Source: Welwitschia mirabilis (lineage: Eukaryota). Taken from it: a stretch of DNA of 25,315 nucleotides. Below the pieces are notes generated by a model. It made no database searches. It was given only the letters and a program-made list of their open reading frames with translations, and was not told the DNA's origin. Location of the stretch: contig JBOZIK010000001.1 of assembly GCA_051453625.1 (NCBI GenBank), forward strand, positions 32,686,562 to 32,711,876, given 5' to 3'. Below, in pieces: positions 10,441 through 22,350 of this stretch. Every line of letters starts with the position of its first letter. Positions within the stretch are counted from its first letter, which is position 1. The translations under genes were made by a program, and so were the position numbers.

Positions 10441-13184
10441 CGTGACATCCTCGTTACTCTTACCCAAATTAAGAACTATTATATTTTNNNNNNNNNNNNN
10501 NNNNNNNNNNNNNNNNNNNNNNNNNNNNNNNNNNNNNNNNNNNNNNNNNNNNNNNNNNNNNNNNNNNNNNNNNNNNNNNNNNNNNNNNNNNNNNNNNNNN
10601 NNNNNNNNNNNNNNNNNNNNNNNNNNNNNNNNNNNNNNNNNNNNNNNNNNNNNNNNNNNNNNNNNNNNNNNNNNNNNNNNNNNNNNNNNNNNNNNNNNNA
10701 GTTAAGGAGATGTAAACTTCTTGTCAACGTACATGAATAAATTTTAAGAATAATACCTAACTAATATAATAAGAGATTACAAATCCAATTAATAGCATTT
10801 AAACCTCATATCTAGCCACCCTCTAGACATAAGTTGATTCTACTTTAGGTTTCAAACTAAATAAACATGGTTGGACTTAATTCCATAGGCTTTTACTTCA
10901 CCTCAATATACCTCTAATACATGTGACAGGTGGTATGTGAGATGGATATATGCTTACAAATAACCCTTGCTTCCTTGAAACATCTTTAAATGGTGGCACA
11001 TTATCCATTGATGCCAAGGGCTCAAGATATTAAGTTGAAGTAAGTTCATACATGAGTAGGATAGGAGAGTGATGATTAAATCCACTTCAATAAGGGTATT
11101 ATTTTAAAAAAAAGTAATGCAACCCATTTTAGTGATGAAATCTGAGTTGGGGGATGAACATTATTAGGATTATCTTTATTTACTTCTATTCAATGAATAC
11201 ATCACATAAATCATGTAAATAATTCTATGTAATGTGGATATTTAATGAATTATTTACATATTTATAATAATTCTAATCATCATTCGGTTCATTTTATAGA
11301 AGAAACCATAAAATGAAAGCAAGCATACAAGAACATTTATATTTTAAAGATTATAATAATAAATCTAAATAAAGGAAATATTCTTTTTTCCATTTCAATA
11401 ATAAATAAAATATTCAAAATGTATTAAATAATATCTTAATAATGTATTTAAAGAAACTAAAACATACCTAGATCTATGATAATCCTAAAAATATTCTTCC
11501 ATGCTCATAAGACAATCTTCATGGATTAGTGCAAAAAGGTAAACAAAAAAAAGTATAGCTCAAGAATAATTTTTAAGATATAAATATTTATCTAAGATTT
11601 CATATGGTTATATTATAAGTCAATAAAAATAAGTAACAAGCTAAAGACTACGTATGTTACTTAAACTACTAAGGTGAAAACTCTTACAAGCATGCACATT
11701 TAAAGTAAGCTAAACAAAAAGGGTAAATAAGGCATTTCTACAAATAAATTCCACTTACAAGTAATTTAACTTAAGTATATTGATATAAACATATTTTATA
11801 TACTTAATTTTCTTATAAAATTTTGTGTAATAAATTTTCTATAAATTTAAACATTAATTATAACATTTTTGAGCTCTAAGGAGACATCATAGTTAAAAAT
11901 CAATAACTAAATAATTATGAAGAAAAAAAATAAATTAAGGTAGTTTTTAGAAACAAGACACATAATAGGATTCTTAGTATCTAATTTAAACTATCTTGGA
12001 ATTCTAAAAATATTATGTCTAACATTATTACTTAAGGCTAATAACTATCAAATTTTTTAAAATTATAGTCTTATTGCACTACACTAAAATGATCATAACA
12101 TTTACAATACTTTGCAGTTTTAAGTGATTCAAGATATTTTGAAAATCTTATTTAATTTTATAAAACATAGAATGCTCAAGTTTGTAGATATGTTAACAGA
12201 TAGGTATAAAAATGTAAATTTCTTACTTACTAGTTTTTGCATTTATTTTTTAATGTATTTTAACAAATAATTTTTTAAATAATAGTTACCCATTAGAAAA
12301 ATTATTACTTTTATATTTTCATGTTCATAACACAATTGTAAACTTATAGAAAACATTTTACTATTTTATACCTACTAAGTAATAAGATATGACATTTTTA
12401 TCCTATGCCTCTATTTTGGAAATTTAATTTTTACTATAACAAAAATATGATAAAGTTTTTTACAACTAGTTATACAATAATTTAGATCATTAAAATAATG
12501 GGTATACTAATTAATTACTTACAAAAAGAAAAATTAATTGTATAAAGAAAATTCATTATAGAAAAAAAAATTAAATCAATTTAAAAAGAACCATTTACTA
12601 TGAAAGGACTTGAGCTCATGACATATGGTTTAGCATTCACTTCACTTAATCATTAATGCTAGAACCAAGTGTCCTTACACATATTAAGAACATAAAAGTC
12701 ATGATGGAGTAAATCTACTCATTTATCATTCTTAGTTCTAAGTAAAAGTGCATGTGCTTATTCAAATGCTCATTTATTTCAAAATACATAAAATCTATAA
12801 TCACATAACACAAGGAAGAAAATATTTGTTCATAATATAGTATACTTGTTACATTTATCAAGGTTTGAAATGAGTAAATAAAACCTAAAATATATCATTA
12901 TGTCCTCTTAAAACTTTCAATTTATTAGTTTTATCATGTGATTTTAATTCCTCACATAATGTGATTTGTAATCTTAAATGTTTAGATAGATTTTATCATA
13001 AAAAATTTTAACATAATTTTTATCATTATCATGGTAAATTATAAAGATTATAAACTAATGTTAATTTTTAGAATGACATCTTATCTTGATAAAAAATTTA
13101 AATAAGAATAATTAATTATTCAATTGAAAGCTTAACATACTTAATATTCAAGTAAATAAGGCTTATAAAATATGGGATATGACA
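10441..13184 (-). repeat. 3' LTR of chromovirus copy A (~2.7 kb including a 212-N gap)
   Basis: Right end gggatatgaca abuts the PPT. Left end cgtgacatcctcgttactcttacc aligns with the LTR ends at 18991 (tgtaatagcctc) and 23452 (tataataccctctttactcttatcc). Imperfect TGT..CCC/GGG..ACA terminal inverted repeats. 10700-11590 aligns with 23970-25315. Confidence 0.88.
12596..12668 (-). other. Degenerate tRNA-like (Pol III A-box/B-box) sequence inside the LTR U3 region
   Basis: Minus strand reads ttggttc TAGCATTAATGATTAAGTG aagtga ATGCTAA accat atgtc ATGAGCTCAAGTCC tttcatagta. A-box-like, anticodon-loop-like and B-box-like blocks sit at canonical tRNA spacing (~73 nt). Stems pair poorly, so this is not a functional tRNA gene. 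Confidence 0.55.
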
Positions 13185-13197
13185 TTCTTCCCCACTT
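13185..13197 (-). other. Polypurine tract of copy A
   Basis: Minus strand AAGTGGGGAAGAA lies immediately 5' of the LTR start TGTCATATCCC and ~55 nt after the pol stop. Confidence 0.9.
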
Positions 13198-13250
13198 GGA
13201 CTGATTCACTCCTAGGAATCAAGATACATAAAAAGCTTGAAAACACCTAA

Positions 13251-16200
13251 CTACATATTAAGAAGTTCAAAAATATTTGGATATTGACTTTTCATTATTT
13301 CCTTTATCTCCCAAGTAGCTTTATTAAGACTATGATTACTCTAATTTATTTTTACTTGATGGATCTCCCTGTTTCATAAATTGATATTTCCTTAGTCCAG
13401 CACTGCTTTTAACTTCTTTATAGTTAACCAATATGGTTCCATCTAAATATGAGATAAATTTAACACATGAGAAGGATTTGAAATATAATTTTTTAGCATA
13501 AATACATTGAAAACATCATTCATGCATAATAATTGAGGAAGCAGAGTAAGCTTGTATGCAACAAGTTAATTCTTTCTAATATTTCAAATGATCCAATGAA
13601 TTAAAGAGTTAATTTGGATATCTTAACTTCTCTCATTACTAATTTCAGTGGTGACACTTTAAGTAACACATGATCACCTATTTTAAACTCAAAATCTCTT
13701 CTTCAATAGTTTGAATATATCTTTTATCTGTTTGCTACTTTTTTAAGTCCATTTTTAATTATCCTTATTTTACTTTTTATTTCTTATAATACTTCTAATA
13801 TTATCATTAATATTTCTTCAAGTTCTGTTCATAAAGTGGGTGCTCTACACTTTATACCATATAAGGCTTCAAATGGAGCCATTTGTGTTAACTCTAATAA
13901 TTATTATTATATGTAAATTTACCAATGACAAGTACTTTTTTCAACTTCTAGAATTATCTAGAATGCATGATTTGAGAAGANNNNNNNNNNNNNNNNNNNN
14001 NNNNNNNNNNNNNNNNNNNNNNNNNNNNNNNNNNNNNNNNNNNNNNNNNNNNNNNNNNNNNNNNNNNNNNNNNNNNNNNNTGTTATTATATGTAAATTTT
14101 ACCAATGACAGGTACTTTTTTCAACTTCTAGAATTATCTAGGATGCATGATTTGAGAAGATCTTCTAAAATTTAATTAACTCTTTTTACTTAACCATCTA
14201 TTTAAGGGTAAAATGTAGCACTCATATTTAACTTAGTTCCTAAACTTGTTTCTAATTTTTATTAAAACTAATTTTGGATATCTATTAGAGATAATTACTA
14301 AAAAATACATCATGCAACTAAACAACAATTTGAATGTATACTTTAGTTATATCATTGGCATCATAGTTAGATTTACTAGAATAAAATGTGCTAATTTAGT
14401 TACTCTATTAATTATTACCATANNNNNNNNNNGAAAATTACATTCCATTTATATTTTGAAATATAATGAGGATAAAGTAATGCTACTACATTTCTATGTT
14501 CTTATTCAACTTATTAATAATTAAGGCACCTTGATACAAATTTTGATATATCCTTTTTAATTCCTAGCCTCCAAAATTTTTGTTTTATGTTTTGATACAT
14601 TTTAGGTCCTCTAAGAGCACCTGCTATAGGTGGATTATGAAATTCAAAAATTATCTTATGTCTAATTGCATCTACATTAAGAGCTAAAAATGTTTGCTTA
14701 AATCCGGTAATACCATTTGAATTAGTACTAAAATTCTNNNNNNNNNNNNNNNNNNNNNNNNNNNNNNNNNNNNNNNNNNNNNNNNNNNNNNNNNNNNNNN
14801 NNNNNNNNNNNNNNNNNNNNNNNNNNNNNNNNNNNNNTCAAACATTAGCTTATGTCTAATTGCATCTACATTAAGAGCCAAAAATGTTTGCTTGAATCTG
14901 GTAATACCATTTGAATTAGTACTAAAATTCTTTGAGTCTATTAATTTTTCTAACTGGTCCTTTGGTTTTTGATAATATTTATTTTTTTCTTATTCCTTTA
15001 ACATAATGGTAGGAATTTGGCTTTGAATTTCCATGATTACTTTAAAAAAACCTCATCTACTAGGAGCATCTACAACATTCTTTATGGTATAAAATCTCTA
15101 GATCAAAATTACATAAAAATTTCATCTGTCTTCTTTAGCTAAAGTTTAAGTTTGTTTGACTACAAATGTATTTTAAACTCTTATGATTTGTTCAAAATTG
15201 AAACTTTACACCATAGATATAATGTTTCCACAATGTTAAAGTAAAAATTAAGGTAGCTAATTCAAGATCAATAATTGGATAATTTTTCTTATGAGTTTTA
15301 AGTTGTCTTAATCTATAAGCTATTACTTTTTTATCATGTTTATGCACTACTCCAAAACCTTATTCAAATGCATTAGTATAAATTAAAAATATTTTTAAAT
15401 CATCTGGGATTACTAAGACTATAGCACTAGTTGAGCATTTTTTAAGATGATCAAATGATTACTAATGTTTTTCTGTCCATTGGAAGTCTTTATTTTTCTT
15501 TAAAAGGCTTGTTAATGAAGAAGCTATCTTAGAGAAGTTGAAGATAAATCAATGATAGTACCCAATAAGACCAAGAAAGCTTCTAATCTCAGTAATATTT
15601 GTAGGTATTAGCTATTTAATAACTGCTTTAACTTTATCTTAATCCACTGGTATACCTTTCTTAGATATCACATGGCTTAAAAATTGAATGGATTCCTTCT
15701 AAAAATAGCATTTTTTTCATGTTGGCATATAATTGATTATTCCATAAGGTTTGTAATACTATTCTCAAGTGTTCTCATGCTTTTCATAAGTGTTTGAATA
15801 AATGAGAACTTCATCAATAAATACCATTACAAAGGAATCAAGATGTGATTAAAAGATGTAATTCATAAAGCTCATAAATATTATAGAGGCATTAGTTAAA
15901 TCAAAGTACATAGCAATGAAATCATAATTCTCATACTAGGTTCTAAATACTATTTTATAAATATCTTCTTCCTTAATTTAAACTTAATGATATCTAGATT
16001 TTAGACCAACTATTGAGAATACCTTAGCTTCCTTTAGTTGCTCAAAAAAGCCATTTATACTTGGTAGTAGATACTTGTTCTTAATAGTGATCATATTTAG
16101 CTGTCTGTAATTAATGCATAATCTTAGTGTCCCATCCTTATTTTTTACAAATAACATAGGTACTTCTCATGGTAATACACTATGATGAATAAAGCATTTT

Positions 16201-18017
16201 TATAAGATTTCTTCAAGCTAAGTTTTATTTTGGTAGAAGACGTTCTATATGATGCCTTATAATTTGGTTGGATTTCCAGAATTAATTCAACAAAAAACTC
16301 AACTTCTTGAAGTAGTGGCATTCATGGTAATTTTCTTATAAATACATTAAGATAATATTAGACTATTGATATATTCTTTACTAAGGTTCCTTCTTCCTTT
16401 AAGCTACTTGATGTTAGGTATAGTGTACAAACTAGTGATTCCTTAGTTTTTCTTTTTATATGCTTTGCATTAATAAAGTTCTCCACTACTGATTTGAAAT
16501 GACCTTAAAAGATTAATCTTTAGTTATGATTCATCATTTTTACTTGAAGCTTTTTATAATTTATGACTTCTCTATTTTATATTAAATAATTCATAGCTAA
16601 GATAATATCATTTTTTTAAAGTCAATAATAATTGGTTATATTGAAAATCTCCTCTAGTTATGTATAAAGTACAACTTTGGAGTTGCTGATTAACTTTGGA
16701 CATAGATTCATATGCTACCTCTATTCATTCCTCAATTGGAGCATTATATAATTATTCTCTTTTAATAATTTTAGAAGATGTAAATTAATTTGTAACTTCA
16801 TAATGAAATAAAATAATTTCTTATTTATTAGTACGTAAAGCCTTACCTTCTATGATAGAGTTTTGAACTTGCAACCCTTGATTATCTACCACTACTCAAA
16901 GTAGTTCTACTATTTGAGGAATACTTTTTGGTCCTTGAGGTTTTTTTGGTTGTTGTTTAGAAAGGTTTTTATAATGTAATGAAAATTATTTTATTTTATG
17001 ATTTCCATTATAATTATGACAATGATACTAGCTAAGAGTTTTTTGGAAGCTGGATTTGTGAGATTGATTATTTGCATAGCCTTGACTAGGAACATTTTAC
17101 TTTCTTTTAAATGGAGTTTACCTTGGTTGATTGAAATTTGTATTTTTTCTATTACTACTACCGATTTTATTTTTGTTGAAGTGCCAATTCATATTTGGAT
17201 AATACATTTACGAATTATTTCCCTTAAGGAGATGCACATGTGGAGGAATTCTTTTCTTAGTTTCTTGTTGCCTCTGCTAATTTTTATTTGCTATCTTTGC
17301 CTTGTATACAACTTCTTCTAGAATCTTAGGTTGAAACATGGATACTTTATAGAAACATAAGGGATACAATTATCAATAAATATATTTACTTTAGTTTCTT
17401 CATCTAGATGCATATCTAACACATATCTTAATAATTATATAAATTTGCACTCATGAGATGCGATTCTTACATTATGGGCTTGTCTTAGATTATAGAATTC
17501 TATAACCTTTTAGCAAAAATAGAATTTAGTAATTTATCTCTCCTTAAATATATACTCAAATTCCATCCATAAAAGTTCTAGATCTTCTAAATTGGTTATT
17601 TTAGTTTTCTGCCATATATTATATTCTACTTGTAACATATAAATATCTAAGGAAGCCTTTTCATATTCATCACATATTAAGGTATTATAACTTTTTCAAC
17701 ATTACTTAGCCATGCTTTTACTTTATAAGGATATAAACCTCCTATAAACTTGAGTGAATTTAACTTAGTAAAAATTTGAATTAATTTCCTTATAGCCACT
17801 TCCTTAGGTTAATTACCATTATTTACTGGTGGATTTTGACCTTGATTTATTATTTCTAATAGCATTACATGAAGGTATTCATCAATTATTCTAAATTAAG
17901 GTTGAATGGAGGTTGATTTCCATCATTAGACTACTAATTATCTTGTAAATTCTTTTTATTTTAATTACTTGATGAAACTAACCTTACTTCAAGGTTTAAC
18001 TGACAAAAAAAATGCAT
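13251..18017 (-). pseudogene. gag-pol polyprotein pseudogene of copy A (gag, aspartic protease, RT, RNase H, integrase, chromodomain)
   Basis: Gag FTKLNSLKFIGG.YP.K.KAWL (~17780-17710). PR ILFHYEVTN*F (=LFDSGATHSF, ~16782-16815) and DIILAMNYL (~16585-16611). [42 protein letters not shown] (~15808-15825), EIRSFLGL.GYY. RH KVIAY..RQL, NYP..DLELA. IN HHCC region ~14650-14480 and APFEALYG (~13857-13880). Chromodomain ending ATWEIKEIMKSQYPNIF, stop at 13251-13253. Many stops and frameshifts. Confidence 0.93.
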
Positions 18018-18975
18018 CTAAAAGAATTGGAAATTTTCATGAGATTATATTTGAAAATAGAATAGATGTTAGTTTGGTTAAACTTAAAGATATTTTATAG
18101 GAATAACATTTTATCATTATGATGTGATTAATTTTTATTTATATCTTAAAATACATAATTAAGTTTATCCCCTTTTTTTATTTTCAATAGATAAGGTTTA
18201 CAAGTTACGAATATGGGTTTTTACTATAAAGTTATGTGACCCTATAATTTAAGATGAATAACTTGGTTGGATATTTAATTAGTTATAAGGTTTTTATATT
18301 ATAAGATATTATTTATGTATTTATATATTTTTAATAAAAGATTAAGCTCTTTAAAGAATGATATAAGATTATTATCCTAAATTATTAAGATAATTAGAAT
18401 TCTTCTAAGTGATTATCATCTGTAGTTATAAGGTTATAGCATCTTTAATACTTGAATTCATCATTCTTTTTAATTTGTTTAGGGATTTATAATTATCATA
18501 AATATGATTAACATAATGATCATCTAGAGGTTTAGATTACAATTAATCCTATGAATACTTTAGAGCTATCAAAAATATACTTGACTTCTAAGATTATTTA
18601 GCTGATAAGATTATGATTAATGTAATATTTATAATTATGAGAATTAACGTAATTATAGTTTTACATCTATTTAGATAGTAGTCATATTATAGGCATAATG
18701 GAATTCATGAGTATTAAAATATATGATTAAATTCATGATTACTTAAAAGTTACAAGTACCTTAGAATCTAGTATTATCAAGGATATAATTGATTTTACCA
18801 ATTGATTAAGATTATTAGGGATATAACCAACTTTAAAGCTATTATAAATTGAGATTTTTATGGTTACCACTAACTTTATAATTATTAAAGAGAAAAGTTA
18901 TTAAAACTGTAATAGGATTTAAATTCTTATAAATTTATAAGTATTTAACATAAGTATTATATAAGTTAACCTAGA

Positions 18976-18987
18976 GCTCTGATACCA
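18976..18987 (-). other. Primer-binding site for initiator tRNA-Met, copy A
   Basis: Exact TGGTATCAGAGC on the minus strand, 3 nt after the LTR terminus ...TATTACA. Confidence 0.95.
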
Positions 18988-18990
18988 ATT

Positions 18991-19166
18991 TGTAATAGCC
19001 TCTTTTAGCTTATGCTAATTAATATCTTTTTTCTTTTTTTTTTTAATTTTCTTTCTTCTCTTATATTTTTACCTAATAAAACATAATGGAACCTAGGACC
19101 AAATTCTACTTACTCCTTAATTAGAATTTCTATATTCTAAGAAAGATAAATCATATTAATATCATA
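18991..19166 (-). repeat. 3' end (U5) of the 5' LTR of copy A, truncated by gap 19167-19266
   Basis: Abuts the PBS; aligns with 23452-23611 and 23801-23859. Confidence 0.88.
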
Positions 19167-19266
19167 NNNNNNNNNNNNNNNNNNNNNNNNNNNNNNNNNN
19201 NNNNNNNNNNNNNNNNNNNNNNNNNNNNNNNNNNNNNNNNNNNNNNNNNNNNNNNNNNNNNNNNNN

Positions 19267-22200
19267 TATTTTTTAATCTTGTTTAAGCACTGCACCAAGA
19301 TCTTCTTCAAATGCATTGGTATGAACTAAAAAGATCTTTGAATCATTTGACATTACTGAGACTAAAGCACTAGTTAAGAAGTTTTTAATATGATTAAATA
19401 CTTGCTAATATTTTTTCTATCCATTGAAAGTATTTTTATTTAAAAGCTTATTAATGAAGAATCTATATTAATGAAGTTAAAGATGAATCAATGATAGTAC
19501 CCAGTAAGACCAAGAAAGCTTCTAACCTCAGTAATATTTATAGATATTGGTCATTCTATAATTTTTCTAATTTTATCTTGATCCACTGATATACCTTTCT
19601 TAAATATTACATGACTTAGGAATTGAATGAATTCCTTTTAAAAATAGTATTTTTCCATGTTGGCATATAACTGGTGATTTCGTGAAGCTTGTAATACTAT
19701 TCTTTAGTGTTTCTCATGCTCTTTATAAGTCTTAGAATAATTGAGAATATCATCAATAAATACTATTACATAGGAATCAAGATGTGGTTGAAAGATGTGA
19801 TCCATAAGACTCATAAATACTATAGGGCATTCATTAAACTAAAAGGCATAATAGTGAACTCATAATGCCATATCTCTTTCTTAATTTGAGCTTGATGATA
19901 TCTAGAATTTAGATCAAGTTTTTAAGAATATCTTAGCTTCCTTAAGTGATAAGAAGGTCATCTATTCTTGGTAGTAGATACTTGTCCTTGATGGTAACCT
20001 TATTTAGCTATTTATAATTAATAAATAATCTTAGTGTTTCATCCTTATCCTTTATAAAAATCCTTTATGTAAGAGTTCTTCAGACTGAGCTTTTAATTAT
20101 TTCATTTCTATAGGAGACATTCTATATGATTCTTTAAGAATTGTCAAGTTCCTGGGATCAATTAAATGGAAAACTCAACTTCCCAAAGTGGTGACATTCC
20201 TGGTAGTTCTATTGTAAATACATCAAGATATTCTGGGCTATTGGTATATTATTTACTAAAGTTTTTCCTTTCTTTAAGCTACTTGATTTTAGGTATAGCA
20301 TATAAACTAGTGATCCCATCTTAATTTCTTTATTTATATGCTTTACATTAATTAGATTCTTCACTGTTAATTTGTAATAACCTTGAAAGATTAGTGTTTG
20401 ATCATGATTCATTATTTCTAACTGATGCTTTTTAAAATTTATAACTACTCTATTCTACATTAACCAATTCATACCCAAAACAATATCATTTTTTCCTAAG
20501 TCAATAAAAATTGGTTATATCTGAAAATATCCTTCACTTATGAATAAAGTATAGTTTTGGACTTGATGATTAACTTTGGACAAAGATCCATTTACTAACT
20601 CTATGAATTCCTCAATCGAAGCAAACATAATTTTTATCTTACAATAATTCTAGGGATATAAAGTAATGTATTGCTTCATAATCAAATAAAATAATTACTT
20701 CTTTATTATTAATTAAAGTCTTAATTTCTATGATAGAGATTTAAAATTACATACCTTGATTATCTACTACTACTTAAAGTCATCCTATTATTTGTGAAAC
20801 ACTTTTTAATCCTTGAGGATTTTTTTCTTTTGTTATTTGGAAAGGTCTTTATAACATAATGGACATTATTTTATATTATGACTTTTCTTGCAATAGTAGT
20901 AGTGATATCCATTATACTAGTTCTAGTACTAATATTGATGAGGGTTTTGATAGAAGTTGGATCTCTAATGTTGATTACTTGCATAGCTTTAACTAGAAAC
21001 ATTCTAGTTTTTTTAGAATAGAGTTTGACTTGATTGATTAAAACTCTTGTTTTTGCTATCATTGCTACTAACATTATTTTTATTGAAGTACTCATTCTTA
21101 TTTTGATAAGACATTTGTAATTAATTTTCCTTAATGATATGCCCCCACAAAGGAATTGTTTTCTTAATTTCTTCTTGTTTCTACCAGTTTTGTTCTACTG
21201 TCTTTGTCTTTTCTAGAGCCTCTGCTAGATTCCTAGGTTGAAACATAGATAATTTAACAATAACAGAAGTAAGAACACTAGCAATAAATAGATTTTCTTT
21301 AGCTTGTTCATCTAGATGCATATGTAATACATATCTTAATAATTCTACAAATTTGTACTCATGAGATTCTATGGTCACATTATGGACTTGTCTTAAATTA
21401 TAGAGTTCTATAACCTTCTAGAAAATATAGAACTTGGTGATGTACCTCTCTTTAAATATGTGCTCAAATTCTCTCCATGAAAGTTTTAGATCTATTAACT
21501 TGTTCATGTTTATTTTTCACCATAAATTAGCTTCTCCTTGTAACATATAAAAACCTAAGAAATCCTTTTTATATTCATCACATCCTAAGGTACCTATAAG
21601 ATTTTCAACATCACTTAGTTATACTTCTGCTTTAGAAGGATCTGAACCTTCTACAAACTTTGGTGGATTTATCTTAATAAAAATTTAAATTAATTCCTCA
21701 TACCCACTTTCTTACTTATTGATTTTAACCTTGCTTTACTTTTTATGATAGGGATTACATAAAGGTATTCATCAATTCTTTTGGATTAAGGTTGAATGGG
21801 GTTGATTTCCATTATTAGAGTGTTTATGATCTTATGAATTTTTTTATTTTAATTACTTGGTGTAATTGACCTAGATTAAAGGTTTAACTGATGACGATGA
21901 GGCATTTAAAGGAAGGGGAAATTTTTATGAGATTATATTTGAAAATAGGATAGACGTTATTAAAGGTTAAACTTAGAAATGTTTTTATAATCTTACGAAG
22001 GACATGATTATCATTATGATGTGATGAATTCTTATTTATATCTTAAAGTACATAATTAAGTTTATCCCCTTTTTTATTTTTAATAGATAAGATTTACAAG
22101 TTATAAATATGGGTTTTCAAAGTAAAGATATGTGACCATATAGTTTAGGATGAATAACTTATTTGGATACTAGATTACTTTCAAGGGTTACTAATTATAA

Positions 22201-22291
22201 GGTATTATTTATATATTTATATATTTTTTAATAAAATGTTAAGCTCTTTAAGGAATCATATAAGGTCATTATTCTAAATTATTAAGATAAT
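19267..22291 (-). mobile_element. Chromovirus copy B internal fragment (part of leader, gag, PR, RT, start of RNase H), gap-bounded
   Basis: Colinear diverged paralog of ~15335-18395. Gag ATG at 21905 (MPHRHQL); VIILFDYEAIHYF; DIVLGMNWL (20462-20488); VFIDDIL (19743-19763); EVRSFLGLTGYY; RH HTNAFEEDLGAVL. Carries private ~30-40 bp deletions in RT. Confidence 0.92.
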
Positions 22292-22350
22292 NNNNNNNNN
22301 NNNNNNNNNNNNNNNNNNNNNNNNNNNNNNNNNNNNNNNNNNNNNNNNNN

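Larger units (their letters stand above)
10441..19166 (-). mobile_element. Ty3/gypsy chromovirus (Tekay/Del-like) LTR retrotransposon, copy A; near-complete and decayed, 5' LTR truncated by gap
   Basis: On the minus strand: LTR end ...TTACA (18991), PBS TGGTATCAGAGC, ~950-nt leader, gag-PR-RT-RH-IN-CHD, PPT, then an LTR starting TGTCATATCCC (13184). Domain order and chromodomain define a chromovirus; long LTR and Met PBS fit Tekay/Del. Confidence 0.93.

Noticed and set aside
12596..12668. Functional tRNA gene
   Set aside because: Acceptor and T stems do not pair and invariant bases (GG, TTCG) are mutated; kept only as a tRNA-like relic.
14246..14524. 92-aa plus-strand ORF
   Set aside because: Antisense to integrase, spans a gap, and has no independent coding signal.
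13901..14932. ~80-bp duplications inside integrase around gaps 13981-14080 and 14738-14837
   Set aside because: Near-identical gap-flank overlaps; integrase reads colinearly once they are collapsed.
16998..17321. 107-aa hydrophobic plus-strand ORF suggesting an antisense membrane protein
   Set aside because: It is the reverse complement of the A-rich (N/K/Q) gag C-terminus, and copy B has stops in the equivalent antisense region.
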